A stretch of 64,000 nucleotides of DNA, taken from positions 110,298,001-110,362,000 of the forward strand of contig OZ024745.1 in NCBI GenBank assembly GCA_964016885.1. The letters run 5' to 3'. Made by a program: the position numbers and the translations under genes. This document shows positions 54,301 to 64,000 of this stretch, piece after piece. Every line of letters begins with the position of its first letter. Position 1 is the first letter of the stretch. The notes below the pieces were generated by a model. The model worked only from the letters and a program-made list of their open reading frames with translations, ran no database searches and was not told the DNA's origin. The DNA comes from Eledone cirrhosa (taxonomy: Eukaryota).

Positions 54301-57300
54301 AGATAAAGATTGAAGAGTTTGATGAGGATCAGAGCTAACCCTGTGTATTTGAAAGCAAAATTAACAGCAAATGCAGAAGCTTTATAAAACTGGAATACAG
54401 CTTATAAAACCAACTTGGTTGAAATAGATTCCTCAAAGTTGATAATGACTAGCTTCACAGTAGACTGAAAGGCCTTGCAAAAGTATATGAGATGAAAGGC
54501 ACTCGCAGTCTATGTAAAGCATGAAAACATTCTTCACTTACTTGATGGTTTTGTAAGCAACATAATGATGAGTAAAGACCTTTTAGCGATGTTAGTACTG
54601 TTGTTTAATGCCAGATCAACCCCTCATTGAGCCAGCCTCTGATGAAAAGCATTTCATCCATGACCAACTCAACAGTTTTTCACACACATTTTATGTGTTA
54701 ATGTATCATCCTTCTTTTTTTAGATGGAAGGATGTAACTTGAAGGAGATTTGGCTATTATTTCCAGAGAAACAGGTGATTACATATAGGCTTTCTTGTTG
54801 GCTCATAGAGACACCAATTGGTAATGATTGTGTATGGTGTAGTTACAATTAAACCACTTGGGAGCATTGGGGTTGTAGGGTCTAATTGTGTGGGGAAAAC
54901 AGAGATATATCAAGGGATATGGTATTCATCATCCACATTAGACATCATGAATGAGCCAGAGGTAAAAGCACATAAGGGGCCAAGTGAATTCAACATAAAA
55001 CTTATAAAGTTCTCTTCAGATAGCTGACTTGAAGTACTTGAAGATTGTTTTGTTTCACCTTGTTTGTTCATACTTAATCCTTTTGTTACTATATTTCTAA
55101 TAAGAAATCACTGCCTAAAATGTTCAATTAATTTTGAAAATAATACCAAATTTGGAAAAATGTAAGCAATAGCAAAATTTGTCATTATTAAGCTGATGTT
55201 TGAAACATAATAAGGGTTCTTATATAAAGTTAAGACAGATGGTTTTTATTTTTTTTCAAAAATAGGTTTGTATGAGCTATAATCAAAGACATTTCAGCTA
55301 TGTCCACACCATCTATTTTTTCAGTCATAGTGTATCTGGAACTACATTGTCTAATGTGTGTTCTCTTATTTTTGTTATTATTGTCTAAAAACAACAGGTC
55401 AGCCTTAATCAAGCAGATTTATAGTAAAAGGCATTTCAACTGTGACCATTCTGTCTTTTTTATTATTCACATACAGTGTATCTAAACCGCGTTATTCAAT
55501 GTGTTCTTTTCGTTTTCAGGTGTTATAGTAAGATTTTGAAGGAAGATTTGGTTACTATTTGTAGCAACTTCAGTGACCTGGAGCAAAACATCAGCAACAA
55601 TAGAATCTTCTAAAAAAAATTAAGTAAATCAAAATATAAGATATTTCCATTCCCAAATGTATCCCTTGTTTAAATAGAAAAATAAAATGAATTCCCAAGT
55701 TAGTTAGATTCAGCCTGCCCCTTCTCAACTAAAATTCTGCTTTGGAAATAAAATAAATTATACATAAATAAATAAGCAATAAACCAGAAAGATGTTTTTA
55801 AAAACAAAATTTACATCAAGTAGAATTTGACATTGATACAATATATTCAACTGAAGACAAAAGAGAAGAGAAAGGGGATGGTTAAAGAATGTATCAGATA
55901 CAACAATAAAGTGTGTCTGCAGTTGTGGAATACAAACAAAATAATCTCTACAAAGACAAAGGAGGTAAAAAACAAAACCAACCAAACAAACAAAAAACAG
56001 ATGGAGACAAAATGTAGAAACCTTTAAAAAAATAAGCAAGTGCGGAACAGACAGTTACATCATTAAACGTTTTCCTGGACAGTATGTCAAAATACTAATG
56101 GACCATGTCAAAGTCTGGAAAAAAAATATGTATCTATTGGGCTTAGCCATCACAACTTCAAGATTTACATAACAAAAAATGTATAGAACAAATAACATTG
56201 TAAACTTTGTTATGTGTGTAAAGTAAAGAAACGACACAAGAAATGATTGAACACATTACTAATTCTTGTTCCAACCTTGAAATGGGAAAGTACTGTGAAT
56301 GATGTAACATGGTGAAGTTAATCTACTGACAGCTGTGTGAAAGATTTCAAATCCTTGCAATAATGAAATGGTAGAGACATCAACTATCACTCACTAACAT
56401 AAAAAAATGTGAACATACGGAGTCATTTTAACATCAAACATTTTATTTTTTCTTTCCATTTTTTTAATCTTTTCTTTAATGTCGGAGCCAGAAGACCAAA
56501 AATATATCAAATGTGGTCACCCTATTGAATAAAGAAAAAACAAATGAGAAACAGTATGTGTTTTTCTCTTGTTTTTTATTTGTTTGTTTGTTTTTTCAGT
56601 TGTATGGTTGGCATTTTGAACAGACTGAATGTGTAACCACACTTTAAGTGTGCAAAATTGACAGATAGAGCATTATATAGGAAAAGACGATTCTACTCAA
56701 GGAAACAAAGTTATGCAACCTAAACAAGTTAATCAGTAATGGAAAGGAAACCAGAATGACAAGGGTTTGCAGTTAGTTTAGAAGAATGAAACTTCTAACC
56801 CTTACTGACAGCACAGGGTTTTCTTCTTTCTATACACAAGTGGTAGTAGGTTGCATTATATAGTATATATGACATTGAAACTTAGCCAAAATAAGTGTAG
56901 AGTACACTTCTCACAATGCAACATCTGGCAGATATGAAGAAAAGAAAACGTATAAGACATGAATCTGGAGAAGACACTAAATTAAGGTGAGATAAGAAGT
57001 AAGTTTAGAATTAAAGGAAGCTTATCTATGCAATAGATGAGAGCCAGGATACCTAGCCATGGTTTGGAGGATGACAGACAGCTTTTTGAGAAAATGGTTT
57101 TTGTCTAAATGAAGCAAGCTGGAAGACTATCTTTACTGTAACAGAAGTAGAACAAAGAAATTGGTTAGAAGTGAGACAAAGGAGAAAAAGGTAATTGAAT
57201 ATATTTATTGAAACAAGAAGTGTAAAACAGTTTAAGACTCTGGATTAATAAATACCACCAAAAAATCCTAGCATTTTTTTTTTCTTTTTTTTGCAATGGT

Positions 57301-57509
57301 ATCAAGCATCTGATATATAAGATAAAAAAATGAGGAAGTTAGGGGATTCATGCTTTTCTTAAAAGTATTAGTGATGTAAATGAAACTGACAAACGATTTT
57401 TCAGTTAAAGAAAAAATAAATAAATACAATAAAACATGGCATAGCCATGTGGTGAAAAAGTTCTTTATCTGAAACATTAACATTGTTATCATCATCATTG
57501 TCATCATCA

Positions 57510-59545
57510 CCATTGCAGTTTGTGGTAGTCATAGTTACCATTATTATCATCAGCAGCAGTAGTAGTAATACTTTCATTGCAACTTGTGGTAGTTCTAGTT
57601 ACCATCATCATTATCATCATCGTCATCAACATCGTCATCAACATCATCATCATCATCATTGCAGTTTGCGATAGTCACCATTGTCGTCATCATCATCATC
57701 AACATCACCATCATCATCATCATCATCATCATTGCAGTTTGCAATAGTCACCATTGCTGTCATCAACATCATCATCATCATCATCATCATTGCAGTTTGC
57801 AATAGTCACCATTGCTGTCATCATCATCATCATCATCATTGCAGTTTGCAATAGTCACCATTGCTATCAACATCATCATCATCATCATCATCATCATCAT
57901 TGCAGTTTGCAATAGTCACCATTGCTGTCATCATCATCATCATCATCATTGCAGTTTGCAATAGTCACCATTGCTATCAACATCAACATCATCATCATCA
58001 TCATCATCATCATTGCAGTTTGCAATAGTCACCATTGCTATCAACATCAACATCATCATCATCATCATCATCATCATTGCAGTTTGCAATAGTCACCATT
58101 GCTATCAACATCATCATCATCATCATCATCATCATCATTGCAGTTTGCAATAGTCACCATTGCTGTCATCATCATCATCATCATCATTGCAGTTTGCAAT
58201 AGTCACCATTGCTATCAACATCAACATCATCATCATCATCATCATCATCATTGCAGTTTGCAATAGTCACCATTGCTATCAACATCAACATCATCATCAT
58301 CATCATCATCATCATTGCAGTTTGCAATAGTCACCATTGCTATCAACATCAACATCATCATCATCATCATCATCATCATTGCAGTTTGCAATAGTCACCA
58401 TTGCTATCAACATCAACATCATCATCATCATCATCATCATCATTGCAGTTTGCAATAGTCACCATTGCTATCAACATCAACATCATCATCATCATCATCA
58501 TCATCATTGCAGTTTGCAATAGTCACCATTGCTATCAACATCATCATCATCATCATCATCATCATCATTGCAGTTTGCAATAGTCACCATTGCTGTCATC
58601 ATCATCATCATCATCATTGCAGTTTGCAATAGTCACCATTGCTATCAACATCAACATCATCATCATCATCATCATCATCATTGCAGTTTGCAATAGTCAC
58701 CATTGCTATCAACATCAACATCATCATCATCATCATCATCATCATTGCAGTTTGCAATAGTCACCATTGCTATCAACATCAACATCATCATCATCATCAT
58801 CATCATCATTGCAGTTTGCAATAGTCACCATTGCTGTCATCATCATCATCATCATCATTGCAGTTTGCAATAGTCACCATTGCTATCAACATCAACATCA
58901 TCATCATCATCATCATCATCATTGCAGTTTGCAATAGTCACCATTGCTATCAACATCAACATCATCATCATCATCATCATCATCATTGCAGTTTGCAATA
59001 GTCACCATTGCTATCAACATCATCATCATCATCATCATCATCATCATTGCAGTTTGCAATAGTCACCATTGCTGTCATCATCATCATCATCATCATTGCA
59101 GTTTGCAATAGTCACCATTGCTATCAACATCAACATCATCATCATCATCATCATCATCATTGCAGTTTGCAATAGTCACCATTGCTGTCATCATCATCAT
59201 CATCATCATCATTGCAGTTTGCAATAGTCACCATTGCTGTCATCATCATCATCATCATCATTGCAGTTTGCAATAGTCACCATTGCTATCAACATCAACA
59301 TCATCATCATCATCATCATCATCATTGCAGTTTGCAATAGTCACCATTGCTATCAACATCAACATCATCATCATCATCATCATCATCATTGCAGTTTGCA
59401 ATAGTCACCATTGCTATCAACATCAACATCATCATCATCATCATCATCATCATTGCAGTTTGCAATAGTCACCATTGCTATCAACATCATCATCATCATC
59501 ATCATCATCATCATTGCAGTTTGCAATAGTCACCATTGCTATCAA

Positions 59546-59578
<33 letters not shown>

Positions 59579-59668
59579 TGCAGTTTGCAATAGTCACCAT
59601 TGCTATCAACATCAACATCATCATCATCATCATCATCATCATTGCAGTTTGCAATAGTCACCATTGCT

Positions 59669-59706
<38 letters not shown>

Positions 59707-61022
59707 TGCAGTTTGCAATAGTCACCATTGCTATCAACATCATCATCATCATCATCATCATCATCATTGCAGTTTGCAATAGTCACCATTGCTATCATCA
59801 TCATCATCATCATCATCATTGCAGTTTGCAATAGTCACCATTGCTATCAACATCATCATCATCATCATCATCATCATCATTGCAGTTTGCAATAGTCACC
59901 ATTGCTATCAACATCAACATCATCATCATCATCATCATCATCATTGCAGTTTGCAATAGTCACCATTGCTATCAACATCATCATCATCATCATCATCATT
60001 GCAGTTTGCAATAGTCACCATTGCTGTCATCATCATCATCATCATCATTGCAGTTTGCAATAGTCACCATTGCTATCATCATCATCATCATCATCATCAT
60101 TGCAGTTTGCAATAGTCACCATTGCTATCAACATCAACATCATCATCATCATCATCATCATCATTGCAGTTTGCAATAGTCACCATTGCTATCATCATCA
60201 TCATCATCATCATCATTGCAGTTTGCAATAGTCACCATTGCTATCAACATCAACATCATCATCATCATCATCATCATCATTGCAGTTTGCAATAGTCACC
60301 ATTGCTATCAACATCATCATCATCATCATCATCATCATCATTGCAGTTTGCAATAGTCACCATTGCTGTCATCATCATCATCATCATCATCATCATTGCA
60401 GTTTGCAATAGTCACCATTGCTATCAACATCAACATCATCATCATCATCATCATCGCAGTTTGCAATAGTCACCATTGCTATCAACATCAACATCATCAT
60501 CATCATCATCATTGCAGTTTGCAATAGTCACCATTGCTATCAACATCAACATCATCATCATCATCATCATCATCATTGCAGTTTGCAATAGTCACCATTG
60601 CTATCAACATCAACATCATCATCATCATCATCATTGCAGTTTGCAATAGTCACCATTGCTGTCATCATCATCATCATCATCATCATTGCAGTTTGCAATA
60701 GTCACCATTGCTGTCATCATCATCATCATCATCATCATCATTGCAGTTTGCAATAGTCACCATTGCTATCAACATCATCATCATCATCATCATCATCATC
60801 GCAGTTTGCAATAGTCACCATTGCTGTCATCATCATCATCATCATCATCATTGCAGTTTGCAATAGTCACCATTGCTGTCATTGTCATCATCATCATCAT
60901 CATCATCATCATTGCAGTTTGCAATAGTCACCATTGCTGTCAACATCATCATCATCATCGTCATCATCATTGCAGTTTGCAATAGTCACCATTGCTGTCA
61001 TCATCATCATCGTCATCATCCA
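57510..61022. repeat. Compound tandem satellite: constant core TTGCAGTTTGCAATAGTCACCATTGCT + variable (ATC)n, ~49-64 bp units, roughly 55 copies
   Basis: Direct reading; diverged units at the left edge (57512, 57576, 57658). Confidence 0.97.
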
Positions 61023-61614
61023 TATTCAAATGTTATCTATCACCAATGATCTTGATAATGACAGTGGTTATTAGTAACATCATCATAATCTGCATTATCA
61101 TGTAGTTTAGGGTTCAATATCACTGCATGGAACCTTGAGCAAGATTCTTCTACTGAAGCTTTATGTTGACCATAATGGTAACTTTATGGCAACCTGTTGT
61201 GTGTCTGTGCATGCATATATGTTTCTTTTTTAATCTTAACATCTATAATTTAATGTTCACCTTTCGTCTCTTATTCCTTTAGACAGCGTTTGGTTTATGT
61301 CAGATGCTGTGACCCCAGTTGGACCAGGAGTACCATTGGTAGAGGTCAAAACTGCCTAAATCCATTTCAACAGTCGATGACCCTGGAGTTTTGTGTCCGT
61401 TTGTATTTTTTTTATTTAACACTTAAAAAATTGTTTTCTGTTTTGTTTTTGTTCATTGTTTTGTCCTTTGTTTGTTATTTTTCTTAAGTTTATGTGTGTA
61501 TATATATATATGTGTGTGTGTGTGTATACATATTATCATCTATGTATACATATTATTAGTCTAACCCATGCTAGCATAGAAGATGGACATTAAACGATGA
61601 TGATGATTATATAT

Positions 61615-61980
61615 ATAAAGTTGCAAGAGAGGCTTCTTAGAAGTTGTTGACAGCTTTTGTTTCCTAGATGTCCAAATTAGTAGCGGAGGAGAATGCTCTG
61701 AAAGTGTGAGAGCCAGAATGAAAATAAGCTGGAAGAAGTTTAGAGGGTTAATACCTCTGCTGACAACAAAGAGTGAAGGATAGAATGTATGGTATCTGTA
61801 TGTGAATTGCAATGCTACATGGCAGTGAAACATGGGCTTTGACTGCAGAAGACTTGTGGAAGATAGAAAGAAATGAGTCAAGTGTGCTCTGATGGATGTG
61901 TAATGTTAGTGTGCATGAATGACGTAGCATAAGCAAACTGAGGGAAACAATTGGCATAATGTTTGATGATGATGATGATG
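61615..61980 (+). mobile_element. Internally deleted RTE LINE fragment
   Basis: LEVVDSFCFLDVQISSGG, WKKFRGLIPLL, AMLHGSETWA; (GAT)n at the end. Confidence 0.85.
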
Positions 61981-62264
61981 GAACGATGAATACTGGAAGA
62001 ATATTATTCTTTCATCAGGAGAGAAATTCTTTGGAACAAGAGTAGATATTGATCATAAAGTATACAGACCATTTTGTTGCTGAAAACAGACAGGTGTTCA
62101 ACATATTGCTTTGTTGAACTACTAAATGAACAAATCTCTCTATATGTTGGGATAATGTGACAGGCTTAGAACGACGCTAGAAATAACAGCAAACACTGTC
62201 AAAATCAACTCTACAATGAAGGAGTAGCTGATATCAATTAAAAAGTTATTTCCCTCTAATATAT

Positions 62265-63425
62265 ATAAGGCTTTTGACAGGGTATCTCGATCTATTATCT
62301 GGTAGTCCTTAACGAAATTAGGTGTGAAAGAAGGGCTTGTGTGAGCAGCGCAAGTCATGTACAAAGGAGATGTCAGTAAAGTGAGAGCAGGAAGTGAGTT
62401 TAGTGAGGAATTCAAGGTACAGATAGGAGTTCATCGGGGTTCTGTTCTTAGTCCACTGCTATTCAATGTAGTTCTCCAGACTATAACAGAGGAGTTTAAG
62501 ACTGGCTGCCCATGAGAACTTCTCTATGCAGATGATCTGGTCCTTATAGTTGTATACATAAAAGAACTAGTGAATTCCTGACTTTGGAAAGAGACATTGG
62601 AATCAAAATGTCTGAGAGTAAACTTAACCAAAACTAAAGTGCTAGAATGTAGAAAAGAAGATAGGTTCCAGATTCTCTCAAGGAAGTTGCCCTACTCATA
62701 TGTAGAAAAGGAGTGAGCATAAATTTTAAACGATGTACATAATGTAAATCCTGTGTACACAAGAGATGTAGTGGGATAACAGGTAGATGAACAGGAAGGG
62801 AAGACTATATAAAAGAAACATAGGGGTACACGAGGGGAAAAGTGTCAGTGATACAAACCTTTACAAACTCCAGGAAGGATCCATAGAATTAGTTGATAGC
62901 TTCTGCTATCTAGTTGAGTTAATTAGCAGTGGAGGAGGGTGTTATGAGAATATAGTAGCTAGAATAGGATGGAAGAAGTTTAGAGAGCTACTCCTACTGT
63001 TGGCAACAAAAGGTTTCTCCCTATGTAAAAAAGGACAACTGCATGATGCCTGCATGTGAAGTGGGATGCTGTATGGTAGTGAAACATGGGCATTGACTGA
63101 AGAGGACATATGTAGATTGGAGATAAATGAAGCAGCCATGCTTCTTTGGATGTGAAAGGCAGAAGTTGGCTGAACTGAGGGAGAAACTGGATTTATGAGG
63201 AATCCGATGTGGTGTCCAAGAGATGTGATGTGCATGGGTGATGATCTCTGAGTGAAGAAGTGCTAGAGGTAGACCAAGGAAGACCTGGGCAGAGGTGATG
63301 AAAGCTGATCTCAATTCACTGAGAGTTACAGAGAAGAAGGAAAAGGAATACAATGAGTGGTGAGATGCTGTTCAGCCCATACAAGTGTAGAGAACTGAGC
63401 GTAAAAATGGCGATGATGATGATGA
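62265..63425 (+). mobile_element. Decayed RTE LINE including the RT core
   Basis: KAFDRV, GVHRGSVLSPLLF, LYADDL (YADD 62525-62536), MLYGSETWA, RGRPRKTW, (GAT)n tail; many stops. Confidence 0.93.
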
Positions 63426-63699
63426 GGCATATACATACATATACATACATATATATATATACACTCATACACTGACACACATATATATGAATATATATAT
63501 ATGCACACATAAATATATGCATATATATATATATATATATATATATGCATATATATATAGAGAGAGAGACACACACAAACATACACAAATATATGTGTCT
63601 ATGTCTGTGCAGACTGATGTAAAACAGTGCATCAATGTTGATAATGACTATTTAAATATTTATGATGATGGTGACAATAATGAAGACAAAGAGACAAAG

Positions 63700-63830
63700 A
63701 CAACTACATCAAACCGACCACAACAACAACAACAACAACGACGACGATGATGATGATGATGGTGATGGTCGTTTTGGTTGGTGGTGATGGTGGTTTTGGT
63801 TGGTGGTGATGATGATCATGTAGATAGTGA
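63700..63830. repeat. Compound trinucleotide microsatellite (CAA/CGA/GAT/GGT)
   Basis: Direct reading. Confidence 0.9.
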
Positions 63831-64000
63831 TGATGTTCTGGATGAAGAGAAAGGAAAATAGAGTGGGTTGTTGACATATATACACATGTATAACAATGAC
63901 AATGATCTCAATGATAACCAGTGTAATGTCAGGAACAATATTGATGTTGTATTGAGGCAGCAGTGCCATTGTTGTCACACAATTGAAACTAAGCACAACA

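Noticed and set aside
56640-57240. Second CR1-like LINE relic (also 2813-3110)
   Set aside because: Resemblance too faint to support without a profile search.
57731-61022. CRISPR-like array (constant repeat plus variable spacer) or His-rich proteins
   Set aside because: Spacers are only (ATC)n variants, there are no cas genes and the context is eukaryotic. The ORFs start at TTG and are frame-cycling artefacts.
61304-61360. Further hammerhead-like traces (also ~27027-27052 and ~17590-17670)
   Set aside because: Two or more core changes and/or no convincing stem I; indistinguishable from chance without a family alignment.

Overview
AT-rich eukaryotic, essentially intergenic DNA. The repeat content (tRNA-derived SINEs with RTE-type (ATC)n tails, huge (TA)n tracts, TTAA MITEs) looks like a coleoid cephalopod, probably an octopod; this is inferred from repeat style only. 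No intact protein-coding gene is supported; almost all ORFs in the track are microsatellite or transposon artefacts. A possible 5' end of a minus-strand gene sits at 1-1250. The rest is a transposon graveyard: two main SINE families, RTE, R4/Dong-type, CRE-type and CR1/Jockey-type LINE fragments, a decayed hAT transposase, Helitron and piggyBac-type non-autonomous elements, and a 3.5-kb compound satellite. The most notable signal is a set of short, strongly fold-back elements, most of them embedded in (TA)n tracts, from several unrelated sequence families. They carry type I hammerhead ribozyme folds traced by hand: intact CUGANGA/GAAA cores at 5855-5959(+), 17225-17285(-), 18678-18758(-), 19919-19984(+) and 32832-32874(-), plus decayed or variant copies. 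The intact ones have (near-)palindromic stem III, which suggests dimer cleavage as in Penelope-like elements. Several have unusually long stem II, and siblings often occur as near-identical pairs 1-2 kb apart. Repeat coordinates are read by eye and approximate to about 10-20 bp unless motifs are quoted.
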